Source: Tubulanus polymorphus | Lineage: Eukaryota > Animalia > Nemertea | Length of the DNA stretch: 64,000 nt | Assembly (NCBI RefSeq): GCF_964204645.1 | Contig: NC_134032.1 | Coordinates: 13,256,275-13,320,274, forward strand | Direction: 5' to 3' | Position numbers and translations under genes: made by a program | Notes under the pieces: generated by a model | Told to the model about the DNA's origin: nothing | The model's database searches: none | What the model saw: only the letters and a program-made list of their open reading frames with translations | Shown here: piece by piece, positions 1-12,340 of the stretch | How positions within the stretch are numbered: position 1 is the first letter of the stretch | Layout of the letters: every line of letters begins with the position of its first letter

Positions 1-1699
1 AAGAACAGTCCAAATCTAATTTTCTAATGAGTAAACAAAATTATAGGATATAGTCTAAACGTCGAATGGATATAAGCTCAACGAAACATTTCGTATACTC
101 TTTTTAGTCGTGAAATGGGATTTTATATTATTGTGACTGCTGTATTCGGCTTAATCCGCAATAGTTCATTTTGTCCACCAATATACATAAAATTATTTAA
201 ATCTGGATTTCCCGTAAACCGTTTAAGTTGTATTGGTCCTGATCCGAATTAACGGATTCTATGTGATTTTTGTGTTTTTTATGTTTTTAAGTGTTTTTAT
301 TTTTTTCGTATTATATACATGTATATTTGTAAGAATTTTTCCCTCCATTTACGGAGTGGTCGGAGTGCAATAAATAAACTAATCTTAATCATAATCTCAA
401 CGTCATTCAATCAAATTCGAACCGGATTTCGAGACAAATGATAACCAAACGAGCCATTTCAGGATGTTACAGAAGGACTTCATGCCCCGGCGAAAAAAAT
501 GACGAACTATTGAAGATGTATAAAGTCGTTGTTCTGTAAAAAACGGGAACCCTTCATTCAAATCATGTATATTTTCTGCCCGTATATACGTATTCTTCAG
601 AATGTGGAGGACGCTTGACTCAAATATTCGTATTTACCGATTTTCTTGCCGGCCCCCTCTACATACGTAACCTATTACGGTGGTGCATGAGAAAGTATTG
701 CGGTGATCTTTTCGAAGTTCTTCTGATTTCTGTCGCCTGAAAGGATTTCTCAAATTGAACACCGCTGCGGCTGGTGGTCAACCGGATTACGAAAAAGGAG
801 GTGAAATGTACATGGATTTCCCGCTAGATGGCGTATGGTAAAATGAAATTTATTGAAACTTCACAGTCGTGGATCAAGATAGTTATCTAAGTTGTCTTAA
901 AATCTATTTGTAACGAAAATAGGCTTCGATTTGTTTCTAAACTAAGAACTAAGCCGGGCTCACACTAGTCTTAAGATGTTAGATTGATTATACATGTCGA
1001 TTTAAACTTGGCTTGGACTGGTCTCGAGTTGTTAGATTGACAGTATGATATATAACTTTAGCTAGCTCACAATACAGTCCGATCTTTGTCGTTAGAAAGT
1101 TCAAAGGTTGATGATATATTGATAGGAAGTAGAACTGAATTTAGTTTTAATTGCCTTGTATACTCGCTTCCAATGCCGCGCCACATGTTGAGGTATTCGC
1201 CTTTTTGATTAATATCAATCTGATGTGAAAAAAAACCCAACTTCTCCGTTCCGTTTCGTGTTACGGGATACACTAAATAACGGATACACTAAATAACCGG
1301 GGAGAATCCAGAGAAGAATTTTCTGAGTGTCCATTTTTTCTGGCCCCGATTTTTGATACGTTTTTTCGTTAATATTTGCATAGTTTTCAAAGTTTCCAAA
1401 TGGTAGGTGGTGAGATAAGATGTCAAAAGAAAGTCACCGAAAGAAGGCTAGATTTTCGCGCGTGGAGTGTCCTTTTTTCTGCGCGCCCCCCTTTGAAAGG
1501 AAATCCTATATTCGTCCCTGAATAAGCGTTCTGAAACGAAATGATGAAACTTAATACAACGAAAATACATAACGCTTTGATATCTAATTAGAAAAACGAC
1601 AACAATGAAAAGCATTGACAAAACACCTAATCCATGTTGTGACGTTGATACAGAAGATTCCACGGTAAAAAAAAAAGAAAAAATAAATTAGTTTTTATT

Positions 1700-1840
1700 C
1701 AGTATCCTAAAAGTCATCTTATCGGTAATCCAGTTTTCCTGAAGATGGATATTAGGATACAGTCGAAACGTTGATAAAACTCTCTTAACATTTCGGGCAT
1801 AATTGTTCATGCATTCCTAGCGTGAGGAGTTTCTATATGC
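1700..1840 (+). mobile_element. Penelope-like terminal fragment with an inverted partial copy and a degenerate hammerhead core
   Basis: CTGAAGA-TGGATATTAGGATACAGTC-GAAACGTTG at 1739-1773. The upstream GTATCCTAAAAGTCATCTT is an inverted copy of the same segment. Confidence 0.55.
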
Positions 1841-3687
1841 TATTGGCAATTTATGAGATTATTTTTATTGGAAATGCATACGTGTACTTTTAATTTAAAC
1901 AAAAAACTGTGCACTTTGAAGAGTTTCCCCGCTGAACGATTGCTTCTTTTGTTTTTCGGTTCGAAGTGCGAGTGGGAGTGGACGTTATAGATATCTAAGC
2001 CTAATTGAAAGTTCTTGAAGAACGTGAAACCGAGAGAAAGCCTTTTGTATACAGTGGATTTCACTGTTATATATCGCCCGCAATAGTGGGCTTGCGCGAG
2101 AGAGGGCTTGTTTCGAGAGATCTCGTGAATTTAATCATGTATTAAGTATTTCAACATCTGTTCTTTTCGAGTGTGTAATACACTGTTAGTAATACAGAGG
2201 GGTGGACGATCTATAGGTGTATTGTATAGTCCGCGCAAGAACTCGCTTTAGAATTAAGGAACTGTTTGATTCGGTTCCTGTTGTCGTTCGTTTGTCATTG
2301 TCATATATTCCTGTAGATTCCGAATCGAATGAAGTTTTTGATTATCCAAATAACGACCAATGTACGGTCTATTGATTTAGGAATAATCCGCCTCAACAGG
2401 CTTGTCCCGGTCGTATTGGTGATATGACCATTGGGTCGGGCTTTTCATGTTTCGTGCTGCCCACATTAAATATCGCGATGTCATTGATTGTTTGCCCGCT
2501 TCTATTTTGGGACTTGTCATCTCATAACAACAACAGATGATAACGTCATTTTTGAATGTATTAAGGTGTGATGACTCCTGGGATGTGATGACCCCCAGTT
2601 GTGACCAAAGATAGAGTTTGTCCATTACACAAGGCAGAGACACCAAACCGTTGCACGGGCCGCGAGAAGCTCGTTACTAATTATGAACGAGATTAGTGAA
2701 GTATTAGTGTACAGAATTTATTCATGCCGAGTAAACTCTGAGTTGAAATTAGTTCATTTTCGACTTGTAAACTCTCAGCTGTGAAACTGAATGCTAGAAT
2801 CAGTAGTATTCAAAGGTCGGTTGGAGTTAACCAGTGGATAGTTGACATAGTGACAATTAGAAGTGCATTCATTATTGTATTTATCCGCCGGTTATCTTCG
2901 ACCAACTTTTGAGCAACTTGCCCCAACAGGTCTTGGTTGGAAATATTAACACCAAAAAAAATCATTATAAGTTAAATTCGAGGGTCGTCTGACTGACGTT
3001 CATGACTGTAGCGTTCAAAAATTCAAGTTCAGAAACTTCGCGAGTCAGTATTTCACGAATAGACCGCGCGCACTGCACAAAATCGCTTGTCATTTCGTTC
3101 TTGTATCCAGTGTCCTTCAACCTGTCTGAAAGCTTGCACTTGCCGGGTAATCATCTTGTCACACGGACGCGACGGTTTTGTCCGTATAATTTCGGAAATG
3201 TTTCGACATAGAATTCTAACTTTCGACGTACGTAATTTGACAACTTGTTTCTTCCCGAGGCTCTGACGACAACAACAGTTTGAATTTTGTATTCATGAAT
3301 TCCTGCGACGATTGCATTTTTGTTTTGAACCTTGTCCCATTTTGTATCGTACATCTTACGCTCTATTAAGAAAGAAATTATCATAGCTACGATCGTGAAA
3401 ACCTTGCTTATAAGTCGGATCTTTTGGGACCACGATATATCCTATGAATATACGGGCTATGCGAGTTTCCGTGGAATAAACATTTCTTTGAAAAAGAGAA
3501 GGAAAAATTGGGACCACCGATAATCATCCGGAATAAGCGATTATCCGACTTTTGCCGATCCGAGCTACGCAAAGTTTACTGTATTTAGGTCTAACGCACG
3601 GACGACGCATGGAAACACGAGATAGAAACGTGTTTCCCTGTGCCGAGTGCGCTTACGAGAAACAGGTTCGGGAAACAATGTTTCCGA

Positions 3688-3944
3688 AGTCGAGAATATA
3701 CACAATATCCGTGTAAGATACGAGAGAAATCCCACAATAGATTCAACCAAAGATGTAAAGTTCTTGAGTAAAAGGTTTATTATTGAGAGCAACGTTTCGG
3801 CTAAAGACTATTAAATTAGCCATTATCAGCAACCCTGATGATGGCTAATCCTTAGCCGAAATATTACTCGAAATATATATATAAACATACACTTCTATTC
3901 AAGAACTTTTCATGTTCGGCTGAATTATTGTTGAATTTCTCTCT
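3688..3944. mobile_element. Penelope-like inverted insertion with 11-bp TSD and two hammerhead cores
   Basis: TSD AATGTTTCCGA at 3677-87 and 3945-55. Imperfect inverted arms of ~110 bp. CTGATGA-T-GGCTAA-TCC-TTAGCC-GAAA at 3835-61, with an opposite-strand core at 3791-3829. Confidence 0.8.
3835..3861 (+). ncRNA. Hammerhead ribozyme core motif (CUGAUGA - stem II - GAAA), probably decayed
   Basis: Both conserved boxes are present, with a 6-bp stem II GGCUAA/UUAGCC. The downstream stem III region differs from the family GAAACGUU. Confidence 0.5.
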
Positions 3945-4557
3945 AATGTTTCCGACACCAAACGCGTTTGTTTCCGTGTTTCCGCGATGTCTCTGCGTCG
4001 TATGACGCTTTGTGCTTTGTACAAACGAAGTCGCGCAATCAGATACGTATATCCTAACGAACTGGAACCGTGAGATTTATCTGCGTGAAGATGACTTATC
4101 TTCCTAATTTCATCATCGGGTTTTTATCGTCCGCAGCCGCCGTCGATCGATCGATCGATCGATCGATCGGGCCTTGTCGCAGACGAGATATCTGACGAGG
4201 GAAAGTCAAAGGTTCCCGGAATATCGCTCCGTATCGATCTAATCCACGGCAGAAACAAATTGTTGTCTGTGTTTTTCGAAAAGTCATCGTCCACAAGAAG
4301 AGCGAAATTATTAGTCACTAGTCACAATATACGCGTCATATTCGGGCGACTAGAATGATAATCATCCGCAGCCCGCTCCACTCGTCAAACAGCACCGTCC
4401 TGGAAATATGATTCAACGGTGAACCCTTCGGAATATTGATAGATCTAAAAAAATCATTATTCGGTTTTGAAATGTAGCTTGGACTCTTGAGTTTGCAGCG
4501 TGCGTGGTTTTGATCTGGCTGTTTACCAAATTCTTCAGCTGGTGGGGGTAAAGTCGA

Positions 4558-4960
4558 CGCTGAACCCAGTTCCACAGTTGTGTGGGTTTAATTTGACCCT
4601 GGACCCAGTTACAGTCGTGTGGGTTTAATTTGACCGTATGGTTTTATTTCCACAATTTTATGGGTTTTATTCGAGTTTGATCGAACCCAGTTACACAGTT
4701 GTGTGGGTTTGATTCGACTCTGAACCCAGTTCCACAGTTGTATGGGTTTGATTTGACTCTGGACCCGGTTCCAGTTGATAGGGTTTAATTTGACCGTATG
4801 GATTCAGTTTTACGGTTGTATAGGTTTTATTCGAGTTTGAACCCAGTTCCACAGTTGTGTGGGCTTAATTCAACCCAGTTTTACAGTCGTGTGGGTTTAA
4901 TTTGACTGAACCCAGTTCAAAAGTCGTGTGGGTTTAATATAACTCCGGACCCAGTTCTAC
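4558..4960 (+). repeat. 39-bp minisatellite, diverged array
   Basis: Repeated CCCAGTTCCACAGTTGTGTGGGTTT.ATT.GAC. Confidence 0.9.
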
Positions 4961-6329
4961 AGAGTTCTGGAATCTTTAATTTGTGACTATCGGTGTACCG
5001 ATCCCCCAGATTCCGATTTTTCACCGTGTAGAAAGAATAAAACGAACTCTGTTTTAACGAACAGATTTTTCGCGGCTTCTCTGAATTTCACCGTAACGAG
5101 TTTCGTCGCCGGTGACGACGGTTTGAAAAAAAAACATAAAATCGAGCTCGAATTTCGCGGAAAAAAAATACGTAAGCCATAAACACAATATCGGCAAAAA
5201 CTCTCAGTGAATTAACGAGGGCGCGTTGTGTTACACGGGCTGCTAAGTGTTTTCAAAATATTCTTCCGTCGACGAATTGAGGATTGGTCGTCGAGATGAA
5301 AAAAAAAAACGATACACAACGTCGTGCGGAATCTTTTCAAATTGAAAATTGAAAACGAGTCCTTGCACAAAATCATCATTCATACGACACTCGTTTCGCT
5401 AGCGTTAAGTAGTATACGCCGCCTAAGCACTTTTCGCTGGTTTCATTTTTAATGTTGTATTTTTGACGCGTTTTAAGCGGCGGTTTCGTGTCGGCTGGAT
5501 GTGAACGCCGCAGTTTAATACGGCGCGTTCGCCGATGGCTCTCGAAAATTAAACCAACAGCCACTTTACTGATGTAACCGAATACGATTAAAAATTCATT
5601 ATAGAACTTCTACTCCCGTGACGCAAACACCATCACGCCAACGCGCCGCGAATTATTCACTTTCGCTTGGATATTATTTATAAGTCCGTGTGTAATAATA
5701 TACACGGACGATGAATGGCTCGCGAAACTGGGTGAAAATTAAAACCGCAACTGCGTTTGAATAACTGGTTCAAGTATGATTGAAGCTGCGTGTATTTTCG
5801 CGAGTCGGGATTTACCCTCGGTTCGGTCGGGTGGAGATCCCCGTATTTAGAGCGGCCCTGAATTCGGTCGGTGGAGATCTTATAGAGAACTCTGACTGCA
5901 GACGGTTGCTAATCTTCCTGGGAATCCTCATTTCGGGTCGGCGACCGTCTTCCAGGGCAGCCGTCTAATAATAGAATGCCACCATCCATCTACTGTGGAT
6001 CATTAATCTCAGGTAGTTATCTGGAGTTCGGAGAGATTCATCGGTTCTTATTGTTCTAGATTCTGTATTCAACTTAACCATTTTCGACTTCAAATTACTC
6101 ATTTTGGTGAAAGCTAGAGTATCTAATTAGCTACCCGATAGCCAGCTGGTCTACCCGATTAAATGCCTCGGCATCTTCGGGAACATGAACGTGAATTCGC
6201 AACGTCTCGCCATTTCACGAATTGTCACGTATTCGATGCTCGATTTACAGATTTTGAATATCACTTTACCGTGAATTGTTTTAGCGAATTCTATTCGATA
6301 GGGGGCGCTATTACGGGTTCCGGTGACAA

Positions 6330-6510
6330 TTTCAGTCCAAAATGGTCTTATATCTGTACTGCGATTTCCGATTTTAAAATCAAACCCCCTGTTTCGCTCC
6401 GGGCAGGTGTGATGGGTTTATAAGGGACACTCGATCAAAAAAAATTCAAACGAAATTTACTGACCAAATAGATAACGGGCTCAATCCCTATTTTCAGATT
6501 TAAAAAAAAA
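6330..6510 (+). repeat. Dispersed repeat family, likely a DNA-transposon fragment
   Basis: CGATTTCCGATTT.AAAATCAAACCC..GGCAGGTGTG..TAAGGGACAC recurs at ~21305-21460 (+) and in reverse at ~28110-28390, ~41850-41960, ~59180-59300 and ~59430-59700. Confidence 0.7.
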
Positions 6511-6929
6511 CTGCTGGCATAGAGGTATGCATTGTAGCTTTCTACTTCAAGGCCATCACACATGCGCGCGCGTGCGGACCGGTTTGTCGATGTGATGATA
6601 GGGAAAGTTGATAGGTGCGCGGTCGTCGATACTAAATAAACTCTGCCGCATACAAAGAAAAAAAGTAACTCCGCATATCGAGAAACTTAAGTTAAAATCA
6701 ATTGATCGACGTTTCAGCGAACACCGCGCATACCGCTACCCCGTCCCTCTGAAGCGCTGTATGAGTTACAGTAAATCAATTTCTAGTCTATCTATTTTCG
6801 AACCCGCGGTTAAAATGTCATCATCCAGGACCCTATTTTTATAACGGTGGAAATATCGTTTGAGTTTATCGGTCCGTTTCCAATTATCTGACACCCAGAA
6901 TCGAGAATCGATCAAGTTCGACACTGTCT

Positions 6930-7232
6930 TGTGTGTGGGCTTAATCTAACTCGGGATCCAGTTCCACAGTTGTGTGGATTTAATTTGTGTCTGGATCAAG
7001 TTCCATGTTGTTTGGGTTTAATTTCACTTTGGATCCAGTTCCACAATTGTCTGGTTTTGATTTGGCTCGGGATTCAGTTCCACAGTTTTGTTGTGTGGGC
7101 TTGATTTGACTCTGGATCCGGTTCCACAGTTTAGTGGGCTTAATTTGACTCTGGATCCAGTTCCACAGTTGTCTGGTATTAATTTGACTCTGGATCCAGT
7201 TGTGTGGGTTTATTGAGCCTTGATCCAGTTCC
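6930..7232 (+). repeat. 39-bp minisatellite, diverged array
   Basis: Same unit, GGATCCAGTTCCACAG variant. Confidence 0.9.
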
Positions 7233-7408
7233 TCGGGGCTTCATGACCCTGGGCCCGTTTCTAACGTCAGTATAGTAGGTTTTCCTTTCAAAAGTAAATG
7301 TCTGACGCAGTAGTAAATGTCTTACGCAATATTTACGCAGAGCTTTCAAAGCCTTTAAAAGAAAATAAAGTTAATGGTAGAACTGATAGGTTCGGAATTC
7401 AATCAATC

Positions 7409-7412
<4 letters not shown>

Positions 7413-7504
<92 letters not shown>

Positions 7505-7607
7505 CCTCCCTCCCTCCCTCCCTCCCTCCCTCCCTCCCTCCCTCCCTCCCTCCCTCCCTCCCTCCCTCCCTCCCTCCCTCCCTCCCTCCTCCCTCTCTCT
7601 CTCTCTC
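7413..7607. repeat. Compound (TC)n(TCCC)n(TC)n microsatellite
   Basis: Directly visible. Confidence 0.98.
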
Positions 7608-7804
7608 TTTTGTTTATGTACAGCTTGAGGCGGGTGGTGGCGATTCACTCTGTGTTTTTCATTTCGTTCCATTTCAAAGCTTTACCGGCGCGAAAGAAAA
7701 AAAGGTATCAGGGTGACTTGAATTAGTGCGATCGAATCTGTTTCAAAGGGTTCATTAGCTCAATTCCCGCGCCACATATACTACAGTATCGCCTTTAAAC
7801 ATGT

Positions 7805-8022
7805 AAGCTAAAAAATTGATAACTTGTGTCTCATTTCTGCTGAGCTTAAAAGTCGACCCGGCCGCCTATCTAACCTGTACATTACTTTTTGAAAATCTTG
7901 ATCAAGCTAGCAATAACAGAGCCGATAGCTATAGAAATATTGAACTGATTAAAAATTTCATTGCAGTTTACAAAATTACCTGGCCGATAAGGAGAAACAA
8001 GCTATCATTTTATTTTAGGCTG
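7805..8022. mobile_element. MITE-like element with a second copy at ~44967-45155
   Basis: Ends GCTAAAAAATTGATAACTTGTGTCTC / GAGAAACAAGCTATCATTTTATTTTAGGC. The two copies are colinear. Confidence 0.65.
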
Positions 8023-8751
8023 TACGGTTTAGAGTGAAGCACCGTCCACTATAGAGGGGTGGTGATTTAAGAAGGGTGGTGAGTCTAAGATGGCTGTCTC
8101 CGTAAATACCCTCTGACATCATCGGATTAACCATTAATCGTAGATGCTTCAGAAAAGATGGCTGTCTCCCTAACTAGAGCCCTATGGCATGGTTTATGAA
8201 GACACTCGTTGTTATCCGTCCGATATCAATGTATATAGAAAGAGATTTCGTGATGTCGCGTGGGGCGGGGGCTTTATCGAGCAGGAGAGCATCAGCGGGC
8301 TAGAGAGGAAACCGCATTTTCAATGTATAGGTATTAATGGTGGAGCAGAACTTCACCATTGTATAAAACATGCGCGATCAGTTTTTGAAGTGTGCTGATG
8401 AAATATCCAATATCCGATGTTTGTAGTTCATTTTCAATGTGAAATGTCTCGGGCGAAGTGGTGTACATTGTGAAGTGAAGACGATCAGTTTTTGAAAGTG
8501 TACACTGATTAAGTTTCTGGTGTTTATGGTTCATTTTTATTTTAAAATGTCTGAACATGACGTGTCCAGACAGCAGATTGATAGTTCGCCCAGTCCTGGA
8601 AGTGGGTAGTTACGAAGGACTCGTACACCGCCTAAAACATAACCAGACACTAAGGTTTTTGGTGAAATTACCGTAGGACCGCCGTGTTCCGGCCATTACC
8701 GCTTCTTCGGTTTAGCATCGTCGATAGATAGCTGACAATAAGAGAATGTGA

Positions 8752-8850
8752 TAACAAATAAAAACCCACAGTTAGATCTGTAAAAACAGTTTATTTTCCT
8801 TACAGTTTAAAAACAAACTGTGGGTAAAAACTGTGGGTTTTTATTTGTTA
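8752..8850. mobile_element. Small MITE-like inverted repeat
   Basis: Perfect 22-bp TIR TAACAAATAAAAACCCACAGTT. Confidence 0.7.
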
Positions 8851-10317
8851 ACTCTAGACTGAGATTGATATATGTTAACTGCAGTCTGCAGAATGTGAAT
8901 TTATCTAAGTTGTACGACACGCGTGTTTCTCATAGACCGATACACTCATCGTTACACCGCAAAGTATCAGCGGCAGTTTGACGCAAACTCGCGTCGACAT
9001 CGCATCATCACTCAGCACGCAACCTCCTCGACAGCGCTGTTGCAGCTGCTGCAGCTTCTCTTGGCGCATTCTCATTCCTTTACACCACCGGGCTGGATAT
9101 TTCGCTAATCCTCCGGTCCGAGTTTAGTAGCTAACTGGATCGCTTGTGCCGAGCCACTCGGCGCTAACTCGTCGAGAATCTTCGAATCTTCCGAACCTCC
9201 GCGCGCAAGGAAGTTTTTTATTCACGATAAGCGGACTTTTTTTCGAACGTTGATCAATCGTTGACAGTTTTTCGGGAGATTTTTCGCGAACCTGCCTGTG
9301 GCCCTGTTGTGTGCCTGCGCCATGGGATTTTCCGCTTAAACCATGAATTGACTGATTTTCTGGCCAACCGTAACTGTGTTGATATTTTGTTCGTAAGTAA
9401 ACTTTAATTTTCGTTTCGTATGCATTCATTAATCCGCTGCTATACGGCGTTTTCAAGAGCGTGAACCGAGACCGTTACAAACCGTTATATTCAAAATTCA
9501 AAATTTTCATATGCAATGTGTGTGTAACGTTGCTACGACTGTGAAGTTCAAAACGGAACAAACGCTACATTTTAGATTCAAATGTGATTGAACTGTATGA
9601 CTCTTTAGAATTCGGAATTAGAGAAAAACATTGTATTTAGAATTTCAAATGTGATTGGTGTTTAACTTCGATTGCTTCGTTTGAAAGTTAAACAGAAAAC
9701 CGTTATATTCTAAATGCAAATAAAACAGGTATTTGACTAATAGATTATTTCGCTCAAAACCAAAAACAAAAAGCAAACATAACGATATAGCAATAGTGAA
9801 AAACTTCGGTTTGAATTAATGTCGAAATAATTTTGTTCGTAGCGACTGTTTTTTTTTCGCTGCGTCTGAAGAATAAAAATAGCCCGGAAAAAATTATAGC
9901 GAGCAATTTAGAATAAGCGGTGTGAACGAAATTGTACCCGTCCTTACTTTAAAAAATCTGATGTTCATCAATGCAGACGCGAAGCTAGTCATTTTGAGGT
10001 TTGATTAGCTGGACCTGCAATAGCGAGCGCGTGTAGTCAGAGACTTGACGGCGAAGAAGTGTGGAAATATGAACTGTGGTATTTCAGAAAAGGAAACGTC
10101 TGGATGAGAAAACTTTATAAGACAACTTGTTGCCATATACCGGGACTGCGGGAAGAAATCCGGGCGCGAGAAGCGTCTTTACACTGAGAAGACCGTTAGA
10201 AACCGTTATTCATTTCAAATTCAAAAGTTGGAGCTTAACGTTTACTGGTTCGTTTGGAATCGTCGAAATTATCGTTTTGAATATTGTTCGATCGCGATTC
10301 GGGGAACTTTTCGGCGA

Positions 10318-10514
10318 ATGAAAATGAATCGGAACGGAGCGGCGAATAATTCGAAACCGTTACGGCTGCAGGAAGCGCCGTGCGGGCGCCGTCTAGCGGG
10401 CACCAGTACACTTCACAAAATCGACAAGGAGAACGCTCAATGCATGATCGAATCGGACCTGACCCAGCCCTTGACCCGGCCAACAAAAAAGAAGGGCAGC
10501 TCGTGCATAATAAA
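10318..10514 (+). CDS. Candidate distal alternative first coding exon of the ZnT gene (65 codons + 2 nt)
   Basis: ATG at 10318 opens a GC-richer frame MKMNRNGAAN..KKKGSSCII ending AA|GTAAGT, a consensus donor in phase 2 that matches the 56799 acceptor. A possible acceptor TTTCAG ends at 10087. Confidence 0.5.
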
Positions 10515-11431
10515 GTAAGTCGTACATGTACTTCGAATATTGAATTGCCTTTTTCTTTTTAGTGCCTGGTGAATAATAAAAGACGGGTCTATGAAATTGA
10601 AGCCACGTCCAAATATTCACCTTTTTCTATTCATAACCTGTCTCGACTGGGTTAATTATTGAGCTGTTTTCCTTCAAGGTCGTCCCTTACAAAACAACAA
10701 CCCGAACAACGACCATGTGGTTGATTTTGAAATTTGATTACACGTCTATTCTTCACATTTGGATTTACTACATTCACATTTTCGATTCATAACTATTTTA
10801 TGGATTAATTCAATCAAGTTTAATCGCCTAAATCGCAACTAAATTATGGATGATAGAACGAATAATTTGGTTTAGATCGGAGTATCGTATGCATAACAGG
10901 ACAGAAAAAAACGAAGTTATGAATTATATGAACACAAATATTAAAACATATACAAATAAAGACAAGTACAATTTTCGTTAGTCAATGATATCAGGGAGGG
11001 TTGCATCAAAACCGACTGTTCGTCGCGCCATCTAGTGTTGCCGACGGTTACATTTCTGAACGTGTGTGTGTGTGTTTGTGCGTGTACATTTTAGATAAAG
11101 ATATAGTTGTTGCCGTTATACCTATCTGTCCCCGGAGACGTATGGCGTATATAGTTTGTTGTAATTAAGTACAGATAATGGTTGATGTAATTGATGACGT
11201 CACAACGCGGTCCATCTCGGTCTCAATGGGTACTGTCGGACGACACAGCTACTTAGCGAATAGATGATATTCCGCGATAAAGCTCGTTTCATTGTTTTAG
11301 AATTGGCAAGGGTATTAGCGGATACATTTACAGTGGCTTATTGTATTTGACTTGTATCTATCGCTTAATAATTGATATACAGCGTACGTTTAAGTGTCAC
11401 AGTCACAGTAGATTTGCGTAAAAATCCGTCC

Positions 11432-11875
11432 GAGGGAGAGGGAGAGGGAGAGGGAGAGGGGAGAGGGAGAGGGGAGAGGGAGAGGGAGAGGGAGAGGGAG
11501 AGGGAGAGGGAGAGGGAGAGGGAGAGGGAGAGGGAGAGGGAGAGGGAGAGGGAGAGGGAGAGGGAGAGGGAGAGGGAGAGGGAGAGGGAGAGGGAGAGGG
11601 AGAGGGAGAGGGAGAGGGAGAGGGAGAGGGAGAGGGAGAGGGAGAGGGAGAGGGAGAGGGAGAGGGAGAGGGAGAGGGAGAGGGAGAGGGAGAGGGAGAG
11701 GGAGAGGGAGAGGGAGAGGGAGAGGGAGAGGGAGAGGGAGAGGGAGAGGGAGAGGAGAGGGAGAGGGAGAGGGAGAGGGAGAGGGAGAGGGAGAGGGAGA
11801 GGGAGAGGGAGAGGGAGAGGGAGAGGGAGAGGGAGAGGGAGAGGGAGAGGGAGAGGGAGAGGGAGAGGGAGAGAG
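11432..11875. repeat. (GAGAGG)n hexamer microsatellite, ~440 bp
   Basis: Directly visible. Confidence 0.98.
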
Positions 11876-11949
11876 CTTGTATCGTTTTGAGAAGTCTTGC
11901 ATTCCGACATGAAGAATAGATTATAACCCGCAGTATTTATAATTCACGC

Positions 11950-12340
11950 GTGTTTCTTTTTGTCTTTTAACACCAACTCCTGGGATAGAATTTGTTTGAG
12001 TCTCAACTTTACCGCGGCAGTAAGGGACGGAGTTTACTGTATTTCTAAAATTCTTACTTAGCATTTAACACCATATCGGGATCGAATTTTACCAGCACCA
12101 GTTTTACCGCAGTAAGAGACGGAGTCTTGTCTATTTCTCAGATTTTTACACAGTATTTGACACCAACTCGGGGTAGAATTTTACCAGTCTCAATTTAGCC
12201 GCGCAGTAAGAGACGGAGTCTACTGTATTTATCAGATTCTTACTCAGTATTTCACTCTAACTCAGGGTATGATTTTACCAGCACCAGTTTTACCGCAGTA
12301 AGAGACGGAGTCTTCTGTATTTCACGAACTCGGCCCGTTT
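11950..12340 (+). repeat. ~92-bp tandem repeat (about 4 units)
   Basis: CAGTAAGAGACGGAGT recurs with a ~92-bp period. The same family occurs in reverse at ~31380-31880. Confidence 0.85.

Noticed and set aside
4185-4230. Hammerhead-like CTGACGA-GGGAA..TTCCC-GGAA beside a (GATC)n run
   Set aside because: The GAAA box reads GGAA and no stem III or NUH site is apparent; probably chance.
11365-11910. ORFs of poly-ER, LS, PS and RG; similar ones at 7298-7726, 23465-23942, 27720-28397, 41234-41461 and 60219-60478
   Set aside because: These are translations of microsatellites.
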